DNA of 33,571 bases from Promethearchaeota archaeon. GTDB taxonomy: Archaea; Asgardarchaeota; Lokiarchaeia; Sigyniarchaeales; SOKP01. Within the stretch, counting starts at the first letter, position 1; every line of letters starts with the position of its first letter. Location: the NCBI GenBank assembly GCA_011364925.1, contig RDOA01000042.1, forward strand, positions 1 through 33,571, written 5' to 3'. This document shows positions 17,915 through 27,296 of the stretch, piece by piece. The notes beneath the pieces were generated by a model. The model searched no databases. It was not told where the DNA came from and was given only the letters and a program-made list of their open reading frames with translations. Made by a program: the position numbers and the translations under genes.

Positions 17915-20157
17915 TGACCAAAGTAAACTTGAGTGGAGAAGAAGTTAATGTTGAAATGACAAAGGAGGAATTCGAAAAAGTTAAGGAATTGCTAAATCGA
18001 GAACCTACGATAACCGAGCTAGGTGGCTTTGACATTATGTGGTCAGAACATTGCTCTTATAAATCATCGCGACCAAAGTTAAAACTATTTGAGGACGCTG
18101 AGAAAGATTATGATTACGTATTGGCTGGTCCCGGACAAGATGCAGGAGTTATTGACATTGGAGATGGATATGCCTTAGCATTTCGAATTGAATCTCATAA
18201 TCACCCATCTGCCATTGAACCTTATCATGGGGCTGCTACTGGGATTGGTGGAATTATAAGAGATATCTTATGTATGGGAGTTAGACCTATCGCTTTGTTA
18301 GATCCCCTCCGATTTGGTCATTTAGAGGGAAATCCACATTCGCAATGGTTATTTAAATATGTAGTAAAAGGTATTGCAGACTATGGAAATTGTACAGGTA
18401 TCCCTACTATAGGCGGTGAAGTCGAATTTGACAGAAGTTTTGAAAATAATTGTTTAGTAAATGTCGCTTGTATTGGTTTAGGAACAATTGAAGACTTCGA
18501 GCACGCTCCTAGTAGAGCGTATAATCCCGGTGATTACGTAGTATTGATGGGGGGTTCAACTGGACGAGATGGAATTCATGGAGTGACATTTGCCTCTCGT
18601 ACTTTAACAGAAATGTCCGAAGCGGACAGACCAGCGGTTCAAATTGGTGATCCCTTTACAAAAAAGATGATCATCGAAGCGACTTTAGAGGCTGTTAAAA
18701 CAGGTTATGTTAGAGGTCTAAAGGATTTAGGTGGTGGAGGCTTAACATGCGCTACTAGCGAACTTACTGGAGATGGAAATACTGGAGCCAAAATAGAGTT
18801 AAGAAAAGTGTTTACGGGAGAGCCAGGGATGACCTCGTATGAGATAATGTTATCAGAATCACAAGAAAGAATGGCTTTTATTGTCAAACCAGAAGGTTTA
18901 GAAACTGTTCTCGATGTATTTAAAAAATATGAAATGACTTTTGCTGTAATAGGGAAAACAGATGATTCGAAAGTGCTAAAAGTGTACGATGGCGAGGAGT
19001 TAGTGGTGAACATCCCCGCTAAAGCTCTTTCAGAATCTCCAACTTTTAGAAGAGCTGAAAAAAGGCCTGATTACTTAGATCATTTACTTGCTCAAAAAAC
19101 TCCAGAACCGACGATTAATCTCGAAGAGGTAATAAAAAAATTAATCGCTTCGGAAAATATATGCAGTAAAGAATGGGTATACCGTCAATATGACCACGAA
19201 GTTGGGGTTAGATCAGTTGTAAAATGTGGAGAAGGCGATTCTGGAGTCTTAAGAATAATAGGAACCGATAAGTTCATAAGTGCCAGTGTGGGGGTGAATT
19301 CAAAACATTGTTATTTAGATCCTTACGAAGGAGCTAAAGGAGGATTAGTTGAAATTTGTGGAAATGTAATTGCCAACGGAGCAAAACCAATGGCAATGGT
19401 TAATTGCTGTAATTTTGGAAATCCTGAGATACCCGAATCTTTTTGGTATTTTTCTAAATCAGTTGAGGGTATGAATGATTTTTGCAGAAAGTTAAGAATT
19501 CCAATAGTTGGTGGAAATGTTTCTTTCTATAACGAAGACGAAGTATCAAAAACTGCTATAAAAGCAACTCCGCAAATCATGATTGTAGGATTAATTCAAG
19601 GGTATGAGAACATAATAACGCTCCCATTTAAACAAAGTGGAAACGATATTCTCATTATAGGTGAAACTAAAGCAGAACTAGGAGGCTCAGAGTATCATTC
19701 TGTTATTCATAAGCTTGAGGGAGGGACACCTCCTAGTGTAGATGAAGAAAAAATCCTAGCACGATGGAATTTCCTATATGAGCTTTATCAAAACAAATTA
19801 ATTAAGGCAAATCACGATGTAAATAAGGGAGGATTCATAATAACGGTTGCAGAAATGTGTTTCAAAAATAAATTTGGAGCAGATATAGATTTAACGGGCT
19901 ATAACTTTAACAATCTAAGAGATGATGAGTTACTATTCAGTGAAACTGTCGGAAGGTTCATTATCGAAACAAGTCCAAAGGATTTCGGCAAGATTGTTGA
20001 CTTGGCTAAAATGTTTAAGGTCTCAGTTAATAAAATAGGAGTAGTAAAAAGTAAACCAGAGATTAGTATAAGAGGCTTGAGTCAAATAGTCAATCTTAAC
20101 ATTAATCAGATGAAACAATTATACGATTCAACAATACCCAACCTTATGGAAATATAA
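17914..20157 (+). CDS. purL: FGAM synthase subunit PurL (small type)
   Basis: MWSEHCSYKSS, ESHNHPS, GAATGIGGIIRD, DLGGGGL, LSESQERM, QYDHEV and GGNVSFYN; TAATG overlap with purQ. Confidence 0.97.
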   Translation: MTKVNLSGEEVNVEMTKEEFEKVKELLNREPTITELGGFDIMWSEHCSYKSSRPKLKLFEDAEKDYDYVLAGPGQDAGVIDIGDGYALAFRIESHNHPSAIEPYHGAATGIGGIIRDILCMGVRPIALLDPLRFGHLEGNPHSQWLFKYVVKGIADYGNCTGIPTIGGEVEFDRSFENNCLVNVACIGLGTIEDFEHAPSRAYNPGDYVVLMGGSTGRDGIHGVTFASRTLTEMSEADRPAVQIGDPFTKKMIIEATLEAVKTGYVRGLKDLGGGGLTCATSELTGDGNTGAKIELRKVFTGEPGMTSYEIMLSESQERMAFIVKPEGLETVLDVFKKYEMTFAVIGKTDDSKVLKVYDGEELVVNIPAKALSESPTFRRAEKRPDYLDHLLAQKTPEPTINLEEVIKKLIASENICSKEWVYRQYDHEVGVRSVVKCGEGDSGVLRIIGTDKFISASVGVNSKHCYLDPYEGAKGGLVEICGNVIANGAKPMAMVNCCNFGNPEIPESFWYFSKSVEGMNDFCRKLRIPIVGGNVSFYNEDEVSKTAIKATPQIMIVGLIQGYENIITLPFKQSGNDILIIGETKAELGGSEYHSVIHKLEGGTPPSVDEEKILARWNFLYELYQNKLIKANHDVNKGGFIITVAEMCFKNKFGADIDLTGYNFNNLRDDELLFSETVGRFIIETSPKDFGKIVDLAKMFKVSVNKIGVVKSKPEISIRGLSQIVNLNINQMKQLYDSTIPNLMEI

Positions 20158-20276
20158 TCATTTTCTTCCTAATTTTCTGTTCGAATATCACGAACAATTT
20201 CAAAAAATAAGCAAAATTTAGATATAATTTTCAATTTTCCTAAATAATAAGATTATACAATTTTTAAGTTTGAATT

Positions 20277-20483
20277 ATGAGAGCTCGGGCATGCATTAAA
20301 TGTAAGGAATATATGGTCATCCATGCAAATAATCCTTTAAACCAAAACAAAATAGACTTTTTTGAAAGAAAACATCATTTACACACACTCATTACTGTAA
20401 ATCTTGATGAAATAAAGGATCAATATACAATAATTAAAAATAATGGTTCAAACGGTCCAACTGAGGAAAATCATAATTCTTAG
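20277..20483 (+). CDS. Small putative Zn-binding protein (CxxC...HxxH)
   Basis: 68 aa with CIKC near the N-terminus and HHLH about 21 residues later. Confidence 0.65.
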   Translation: MRARACIKCKEYMVIHANNPLNQNKIDFFERKHHLHTLITVNLDEIKDQYTIIKNNGSNGPTEENHNS

Positions 20484-20514
20484 AACGTAAATTTACTGGT
20501 CCTAAAAATTAGCC

Positions 20515-21300
20515 CTATATCAGTTCAAGAACAGATTTAATTGAATCTATCACCTTATAGGGATTAATATCCTGCGCTAAAGGATCGTATAATTGAGCTT
20601 TTCCAGTTTTTACGAGAATTCCTCGAATGTTCGCATTATTAGCGCCCTGTATATCAGATTCTATATCGTCACCTACAACAACTACCTCATTTGGTAATAG
20701 ATTAAGTTTTTTCAATGCCTGGACGAAATACTCTTTAGAAGGCTTACCGAAAATAGTTGGTTTTACATTTGCTGCCATCGCAATCATTTGTACAAAAGAT
20801 CCCGTATCTATGACTGGTTCTCCATTTCTATCTAAATAATACTTATTTCCTTGCGTTCCAAGCAGTTTTGCATTATATTTTTTAACATACTTAAATGCAT
20901 TGTTAAGTCTATTTACATCCCAATTATCGTGAAAGTCGCTTATAATTACAAAATCCGGTGTTTCAGCTCCTTTTATATGAAGAAAATCCTTAAACTCTTC
21001 TCTAACTTCTTCAGTAGCTACTAAGTAGATTTTTTTATCAAGTTGGTTAGAGAGGTATTCTTTTAAAGCGATAAGTGGAGTAAATATTTCTTCTTCATTT
21101 AACTCAAAACCATAGTTCTTAAGTATAGTGTAGATATGCTTAGGAGTTTTACTATCTGTATTAGTAAAGAATAATAATTTTATATCTCTATCTCGCAACC
21201 AATTGATAGCTTCAATCGCACCCGGAATTGGTTTGCCTTTGAAATACAAAGTCCCATCTATATCTGATAAAATTCCTTTAATGCTGTTCAATAACTTCAC
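20515..21300 (-). CDS. HAD-IIA family hydrolase (LHPP/HDHD2/NagD-like)
   Basis: DIDGTL, FTN, GKPSKEYF and VGDDIESDIQGA..VKTGK; GTG start. Confidence 0.92.
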   Translation of the reverse strand: MKLLNSIKGILSDIDGTLYFKGKPIPGAIEAINWLRDRDIKLLFFTNTDSKTPKHIYTILKNYGFELNEEEIFTPLIALKEYLSNQLDKKIYLVATEEVREEFKDFLHIKGAETPDFVIISDFHDNWDVNRLNNAFKYVKKYNAKLLGTQGNKYYLDRNGEPVIDTGSFVQMIAMAANVKPTIFGKPSKEYFVQALKKLNLLPNEVVVVGDDIESDIQGANNANIRGILVKTGKAQLYDPLAQDINPYKVIDSIKSVLELI

Positions 21301-21395
21301 ACCAAAGTTGAACTAATCATAAGAACTAGTTTAGGATACTAAATAAACATTAAGAAGGAGGGAAAAAAAGAAATAATGTTAATTTTGGTTTTATA

Positions 21396-21421
21396 TTAAT
21401 AGTAGAGGTTAATAGTAGAGG
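21396..21421. repeat. Perfect 13-bp tandem duplication TTAATAGTAGAGG x2
   Basis: Read directly at 21396-21408 and 21409-21421. Confidence 0.9.
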
Positions 21422-21602
21422 AATCAGCTGTTGTTTATTGATTGCCTTATCTTAGGTTTTGTTCATCACCTTCATTTTATAATGTGGGATCAAATTCCCG
21501 TTCTTACGTAAATATTATAGATGTGGCAATATAAATTTTTACACTTTAAGATTTCAAGATTTTAAAAAAAATATTTATAAAAGGATCGCTAAAAGAAATA
21601 TA

Positions 21603-22169
21603 ATGAAAATTGCTATCGATATAGACGGAGTCTTACTAGATATAATCGTAGAGTATTGCAAAATTTATAATGAACGATACGGTACTAACTATCGAAAAAA
21701 AGACATAAAAAGCTGGGATTTCTTTAAGGATTGGAATATAAGCGAAGAGGTTGCTTTTAATATTTTCTACGAGATATACGCTGACTCTATGAATGTTCCA
21801 TTTATAGATGAAAATGCTCCAAAAGTTATGAAAAAACTAAATGAGCTTTACGATGTCGATATCGTCTCAGCTCGATTGCCCGAATATCGATCTTCAATTA
21901 TAAAGAAACTAAATTTTCACGATGTAAGAGAAGGGATTCAATATGTTGAATTGATTTTGTTACACCACAAACCTTACGATATTAAGATGAAACAAAGTTA
22001 TGATATCTATGTTGATGACAACCCTAATTTAGTGGAACCGATTAAAGAACTCGAAGATAGGACTTTATTATTGTTTGATCAACCTTGGAATCAAAATTCT
22101 GTATGTGAAAATAATGTGTACAGAGTTTATGAATGGGAAGAGGTATATGATAAAATAAGAGAATTGTAG
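21603..22169 (+). CDS. 5'(3')-deoxyribonucleotidase (NT5C-type HAD)
   Basis: IAIDIDGVLLD, IVSAR, YVDDNP and FDQPWNQ..RVYEW. Confidence 0.9.
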   Translation: MKIAIDIDGVLLDIIVEYCKIYNERYGTNYRKKDIKSWDFFKDWNISEEVAFNIFYEIYADSMNVPFIDENAPKVMKKLNELYDVDIVSARLPEYRSSIIKKLNFHDVREGIQYVELILLHHKPYDIKMKQSYDIYVDDNPNLVEPIKELEDRTLLLFDQPWNQNSVCENNVYRVYEWEEVYDKIREL

Positions 22170-22279
22170 AGTTTTCCCTTTTAGATTATTTTTCCTAATC
22201 ATAATCTAATAATTAGAATCTAAAGTGTTCCTTATCCCATTATCTATGATTATGAATCCAATAATAAAAGCTAAGATTA

Positions 22280-23122
22280 TTAACCTTTGGCATACGTACC
22301 TAGAGCATAGAAGTAATCTAATCTTTGGGATAATCTTTTTCCATAGATCATTTTTAGATTATTTTCGTTTTCCCTTTCGTGTAATTCAATTAAATTGAAT
22401 AGCTTATTAGGAAACTTTATATGTCTTGGGACGATCATGCTGTTCACTCCAAGTGAGATTCCCATGTTAATAAGGTCTACAGCAGTTTCCGAGTTCTTAG
22501 CTATAAGAGGTCCTATTCTTTTTCCAGAAATTAATGCAAAACCCTCTTCTGAAAGAATAATTAATTTTGATCCGTACTTTAGCTTAATTTTTAAGAATTC
22601 AAGCCGATTAAATCCCATTGCTTCTTTATCGAGTTCCGCAACCCATTCAGGAATAGTATTACAAATTTTCACATTTTCATTAAGTTCTTGTGTTTTTCGT
22701 GATTTATCTGGAAATTCATAAACAGCAGTACTATAATTGCTTCGAAAACCGAATTTATGGTAGATAGATTCCCCAAATTTTGATGCGTATAGTAGAAAAG
22801 TTTTACAACCTACTGTTCTTGCTGAACTAATCAGATCGTTAAATATTCTTGTTCCTACGCCTTTATTCCTAAATTCTGGTAAAACGCTCATATATCCGAT
22901 ACTACATACATCCTGAAAAAGGAAAAAGGCTCCTAATCCAAAAATCTTCTTTTCTTTCTCTGCAATAAGAAATTTGGCAATATTTGAGTTAACTAATTCA
23001 ATTAATAATTTTGATTCATTAACTATATCAAAAGGTATTGGTCTATCAAAAGAGCGATACATTACGATGAGAGCTTCGTAGATTTCATCGTTATTTGGTG
23101 CTCGAATTAAATAAGTCTCCAT
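22280..23122 (-). CDS. GNAT N-acetyltransferase with C-terminal extension
   Basis: Acetyl-CoA motif A MSVLPEFRNKGVG, plus LYAS..GESIYHKFGF and a C-terminal IGPLIA. Confidence 0.88.
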   Translation of the reverse strand: METYLIRAPNNDEIYEALIVMYRSFDRPIPFDIVNESKLLIELVNSNIAKFLIAEKEKKIFGLGAFFLFQDVCSIGYMSVLPEFRNKGVGTRIFNDLISSARTVGCKTFLLYASKFGESIYHKFGFRSNYSTAVYEFPDKSRKTQELNENVKICNTIPEWVAELDKEAMGFNRLEFLKIKLKYGSKLIILSEEGFALISGKRIGPLIAKNSETAVDLINMGISLGVNSMIVPRHIKFPNKLFNLIELHERENENNLKMIYGKRLSQRLDYFYALGTYAKG

Positions 23123-23167
23123 AATCTTGAACTTAAAATAGGAGTATATAGGAATTAAAAATTTATT

Positions 23168-23764
23168 CTAAGTTTCATATCCCATTAAGAGGGCTTTCAG
23201 ATTTGCATCGATTGCCTTTTTGGGGACCACTTTAGGAACAATTTCTTGTAACTGACTTAATTTAATAGGAAATCCTTCAGTTTTAGCTAAAGCACCTAAA
23301 AGAACTAAATTTGATGTGAGGGGATTTCCTGCTCTCGTTGCTATTTCTGAGGCATCTACAATATGGATATTGCTAGAAACTTTCGTTAATTGCGCTACAA
23401 TAGTATCTATAGTAAGATATGAATTCTCTGGATTCTTTACTCTTTCATCTGTGCTCTGAACAGGTTGCCATCTGTAATTGTTCATTATAATTACTCCTTT
23501 TGGTTTTAGAAATTCGATGTAACGTAGCGTCTCAATCGCCTCCATCCCAAGTAGAGCATCAGCTTCCCCATAGGGTATTAAAGGTGAATATACACCTTCT
23601 CCTACACGGATATGGGTGTAGATTGAACCAGATCTTTGTGCTAATCCATGAGTCTCTGCTGTGCGGATATTTAATCCAAACTCTGCGCATGCAATCCCTA
23701 TAACATTTGAAACTAACATTAATCCCTGTCCGCCTACACCACAAGTCATTAAATTATAAGTCAT
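23168..23764 (-). CDS. iorB: Indolepyruvate:ferredoxin oxidoreductase beta subunit
   Basis: CGVGGQG, ETHGLAQRSGS, SPLIP.GEAD and NLVLLGAL; overlaps the iorA end by 11 bp. Confidence 0.95.
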   Translation of the reverse strand: MTYNLMTCGVGGQGLMLVSNVIGIACAEFGLNIRTAETHGLAQRSGSIYTHIRVGEGVYSPLIPYGEADALLGMEAIETLRYIEFLKPKGVIIMNNYRWQPVQSTDERVKNPENSYLTIDTIVAQLTKVSSNIHIVDASEIATRAGNPLTSNLVLLGALAKTEGFPIKLSQLQEIVPKVVPKKAIDANLKALLMGYET

Positions 23765-25742
23765 GTCTAACCTCCCTTTGTTTCTCGTGAAATTTGATTA
23801 CATCCTTTTCGGATCTGTTTTCGTGATTTGTATATGGACAAAGAATGGAGCACACTCCACAGCCATCGCATAATTCAGGAGAAATATAAGACGAAAAACC
23901 CTGCCAGAGTTTTCCATTTTCATCGGTATATTGTTTTTCTTGTGAGTCCATACTAATCGCTGGACAATAGAAGTCTTTCATACATGTATGACACTTACGA
24001 CAGACATCTTGATCCACATAGAAGGGTTGTATTTTTTCTCCTCTTGTCCTTTTTCTTCTATCGTTCCATAATGCACATGGACCTCTTGAAATTATCACTG
24101 TTGGACCTGGTTCCTCCAATGCTTTTTTGAAAGATGGAATACAATTTTTCGCGTCAAAACAATCGTTGATAATAATATTTTTAAACCCTATGCCCTTCAA
24201 TACATCTTCAATTTGAATTTTATTCTTAGGATTATTGGGGGGGCTATAACCTGTTCCTGGATTTGTTTGTTGTCCAGTCATAGCAGTAACCGAATTGTCA
24301 AGAACTATTACAATCACATTCTCGTTATGATGACAAATATTAATCATTCCCGGTAATCCTGCATGGAAAAAGGTACTATCTCCGATTACAGAAATAACCT
24401 TCTCGTTTGCTGCTAACGAAATCCCGCTTCCAGATCCAAGCGTAGCACCCATAGATAACATTAGGTCATCTCCATGTAATTTTGGATAGATTTCACTGTT
24501 AAGAAGAAGCATGGAATAACAACCGATATCATTAATAAGTGCAATTTGATTAGATTTTCCTGTTACAGCTTTTTGAAGCGCCCAAAATGTTGCACGATGC
24601 GGACATCCGGGGCAAAAAACAGGAATTCTTACGGGTAATATCGATTTTAATTCATCTGCTCTCGAGACAATAGCGTCATAATCGATTGGAGTTTCAATTT
24701 TATAGATTTCCTTAAAGACATTAAATACGATAGGAATGTTATACTCAAAAGCTTCGCTAAAATGGCCAGATTCTTTACCATATACCTTTAAATTGGGATT
24801 AGAATCCTTTGCTATTGCTTTTAGTTGGATTTCTAGGTAAGGAGATAATTCTTCTACTACAATTACTCCTTCAAGGTCTTTGATAAAAGATGATATTAAA
24901 TTTTTAGGAAGTGGGTACGTTGTTCCTAGTTTTAATATTGGGGGATTGATTTCGAGTTTATTGCTTACTTCACGAACATAGTTATACGACACTCCAGAAA
25001 CGATTACACCAATATTAGCAGTACCCTCAATAATCGTATTAAACTCAGATTCTTCAAAATCTTCTCTGATTCGTTCTCTTCTCTCAAGCATTTTTAGTTT
25101 AAAAGCTCGAGCTTTTAAACCAACAGTAGCGTATTTTCTATTAAATTCTCGAAAACTTGCTTTCCTAAATTCAGTTCTATTTAACGGTTCTAATGGTACA
25201 ACAGTAGATTGATGATTGATTCGTGTAGTAGTTCTCACCAAAACAATAGTTTGGAACTTTTCGGAAATATCGAACGCAGCTTTCGTCATACGCTTAGCTT
25301 CTACAGGATCGGTAGGTTCTAACATTGGGATATAAGAATTAGATGCAAAAAACCTTCCATCTTCTTCGCTTTGAGATGAATGACAAAAAGGATCGTCCGC
25401 AAAAACTAAAACGCAACCTTTGTTTACTCCTGTATATCCTAAGCTGAAAAATGTGTCAGAAGCTACATTTAATCCTACACTCTTCATCGCTATTAAGGAT
25501 CGCTGACCTCCCATTGAAGCACCCGCAACTATTTCAAGCGCTACTTTCTCATTAGTAGCAATCTCCATTTTGATATCAAAATCATTAGAGATTTGATAGA
25601 ATGTATCCAAAATTTCTGATACAGGTGAACCGGGGTAAAAAGCAACAACTTTTACATCGGATTCTAACGCCCCTCGAACAATTGCTTCATTACAAAAAAG
25701 AAAAGCTTGAGTCTTATCTTTTGAGATTACATCAGATAACAT
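23754..25742 (-). CDS. iorA: Indolepyruvate:ferredoxin oxidoreductase alpha subunit
   Basis: NEAIVRGA, YPGSP, NEKVALE, MKSVGLNVA, SSQSEED, FCPGCPHR, DIGCY, TPP motif GDSTFFH..LDN..TAMTGQQ, and a C-terminal 2x[4Fe-4S] domain. Confidence 0.96.
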   Translation of the reverse strand: MLSDVISKDKTQAFLFCNEAIVRGALESDVKVVAFYPGSPVSEILDTFYQISNDFDIKMEIATNEKVALEIVAGASMGGQRSLIAMKSVGLNVASDTFFSLGYTGVNKGCVLVFADDPFCHSSQSEEDGRFFASNSYIPMLEPTDPVEAKRMTKAAFDISEKFQTIVLVRTTTRINHQSTVVPLEPLNRTEFRKASFREFNRKYATVGLKARAFKLKMLERRERIREDFEESEFNTIIEGTANIGVIVSGVSYNYVREVSNKLEINPPILKLGTTYPLPKNLISSFIKDLEGVIVVEELSPYLEIQLKAIAKDSNPNLKVYGKESGHFSEAFEYNIPIVFNVFKEIYKIETPIDYDAIVSRADELKSILPVRIPVFCPGCPHRATFWALQKAVTGKSNQIALINDIGCYSMLLLNSEIYPKLHGDDLMLSMGATLGSGSGISLAANEKVISVIGDSTFFHAGLPGMINICHHNENVIVIVLDNSVTAMTGQQTNPGTGYSPPNNPKNKIQIEDVLKGIGFKNIIINDCFDAKNCIPSFKKALEEPGPTVIISRGPCALWNDRRKRTRGEKIQPFYVDQDVCRKCHTCMKDFYCPAISMDSQEKQYTDENGKLWQGFSSYISPELCDGCGVCSILCPYTNHENRSEKDVIKFHEKQREVRHDL

Positions 25743-25778
25743 ATAGAGATAACACTTATTTTTTTACATTTTATTTAT

Positions 25779-25799
25779 GAGACAGAAATTCACTGTCTC
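25779..25799. promoter_or_regulatory. 7-7-7 inverted repeat GAGACAG-N7-CTGTCTC upstream of iorA (candidate operator or hairpin)
   Basis: Perfect, relatively GC-rich inverted repeat in an AT-rich spacer about 37 bp upstream of the iorA ATG. Confidence 0.5.
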
Positions 25800-25882
25800 T
25801 GATTGTAATTCTGAAATTTCTCTTAAAATCATTTTCATTATTTTTTATAATTCTTTTATTGGAATGTTGGAACTTTTTTTTT

Positions 25883-26026
25883 ATGTATAAAGCTAAAATT
25901 TATTAACTTAAAGAAGTATCGGATGGTTATGTGGTTCGCAAAAAAGAGGGAAAAGTTAAAACTATCCAAATAACTGATGAAGGAATTCTTGAACTGAAGA
26001 AAATTAGAAATTTAATATATTATTAA
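25883..26026 (+). pseudogene. Remnant of a winged-helix (MarR/PadR/ArsR-like) regulator gene
   Basis: One frame reads MYKAKIY*LKEVSDGYVVRKKEGKVKTIQITDEGILELKKIRNLIYY*. The wing motif GYV.R..EG..K.I.ITDEG is present, with an in-frame TAA at 25904 and no N-terminal helices. Confidence 0.65.
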
Positions 26027-26058
26027 TTTTTTTTTACTTTATAACTAAAATATATTAT

Positions 26059-26652
26059 TTAGTTTAACTGTAAGAAGATGAAAATAATTGCTATTAAACT
26101 TGCAATAATTAAAAAAAAGAAAATTTTTGGTCTTGGAACGATATTTTGTTTCATAAAATTATCAAAGATTTGGTTTTGTTCAGGAAATAAACATTTTTCA
26201 TAACCATTATTATCACTATAATCTCTATAAATTTTTCGAAAGCTTGTTTGATTAAACTGACAATTCTTAACTCGATTTAAATTTAAGATATTAATTTCAC
26301 AGTTAATAATCTGCAAATTTTTGCATCTAGTAATTGTTAATTTCTCAAATTTACAGTTTTCTATTGAAATATTCTTACACCCAAATAAATCAAGTTTGTC
26401 CAAATGATAGTTTCGAAATGCTGAATAAACAGTTATATTAGAAAGAAAATATTCTCTTGGCAATTCAATTTTTTCTATGATATAAGGATTCGATATTGTT
26501 CCTTGCCCTTGAAGTGATTTGTCTTCGATTAATTCTTCAAGTTTCTCATTTGTCTCAATATCGACTCCCCTCTCCATCCGAGAGAAATTAAAGTATTCAT
26601 ACTCTCCCGAATCTAACATTTTTTTCAACTTTTTCCTATCTTCTTCAAACAT
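26059..26652 (-). CDS. Hypothetical beta-solenoid repeat protein with C-terminal TM anchor
   Basis: G.GT..NPYII cap motif, about 20-aa beta repeats (LFGCKNISIENCKF / ITRCKNLQIINCEI / LNRVKNCQFNQTSF) and a hydrophobic C-terminus. Confidence 0.7.
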   Translation of the reverse strand: MFEEDRKKLKKMLDSGEYEYFNFSRMERGVDIETNEKLEELIEDKSLQGQGTISNPYIIEKIELPREYFLSNITVYSAFRNYHLDKLDLFGCKNISIENCKFEKLTITRCKNLQIINCEINILNLNRVKNCQFNQTSFRKIYRDYSDNNGYEKCLFPEQNQIFDNFMKQNIVPRPKIFFFLIIASLIAIIFIFLQLN

Positions 26653-26655
26653 TTT

Positions 26656-27174
26656 CTATTCATTCCCAGATCTTTTGAAATCTTCCTCCGACCAAACTTG
26701 GAGGGGAGTTTCCAATTCATTAATTTTGATATCTATATAGTCCTGTTTGATATTTCTAATTATAGAATTCTTTCCATATTTTTTTATTAATTTTCTGCCT
26801 AGTAAGGTTAATTGATAACGATTATTTCTTCTTTGGATGTAAGGATATTTCCCATATTCTAATTCGTGAAAGATATCATTAAAGATCTTTAAATCAGATA
26901 TATTATTTCGTTCCAGATTTTCTATGATATAAGCTTTGGTTTTCTTTTTACTATTTGATCTGCTTTGATTCTTAATCGTAAAAAGAGTGACTAGTATCAT
27001 ATTAAAATCTTTTTTTCTTGTGTAGAAACTATAAACCATACTTCCCATAATCAGAGCAGGGATGCCAATAAATGTTAGATTAATTGAAGAAAAATCAACA
27101 AAAATGCTTATATTTTGATATTCAATTCGGAAATTCCCTAATGTGGATAGTAATATAAATTGAAATATGTACAA
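26656..27174 (-). CDS. Hypothetical membrane protein with possible C-terminal wHTH
   Basis: TM segment LTFIGIPALIMGSMVYSFY and wing-like YIQRRNNRYQLTLLG; 3-bp gap to the next gene. The start is uncertain. Confidence 0.6.
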   Translation of the reverse strand: MYIFQFILLSTLGNFRIEYQNISIFVDFSSINLTFIGIPALIMGSMVYSFYTRKKDFNMILVTLFTIKNQSRSNSKKKTKAYIIENLERNNISDLKIFNDIFHELEYGKYPYIQRRNNRYQLTLLGRKLIKKYGKNSIIRNIKQDYIDIKINELETPLQVWSEEDFKRSGNE

Positions 27175-27296
27175 ACTCTCTGCTAATAAGTTTTCGCGAT
27201 TTTTAATTATTTATACTCGATTGGTTAACCAATTTTAGCGTTTAACTAAACTATGACTCAGGTAAAATTTTAAAGCCTTCCTTTTAATATATACAT

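Noticed and set aside
21396-21421. 13-bp repeat as a CRISPR remnant
   Set aside because: Only two directly adjacent copies, no spacer and no cas genes.
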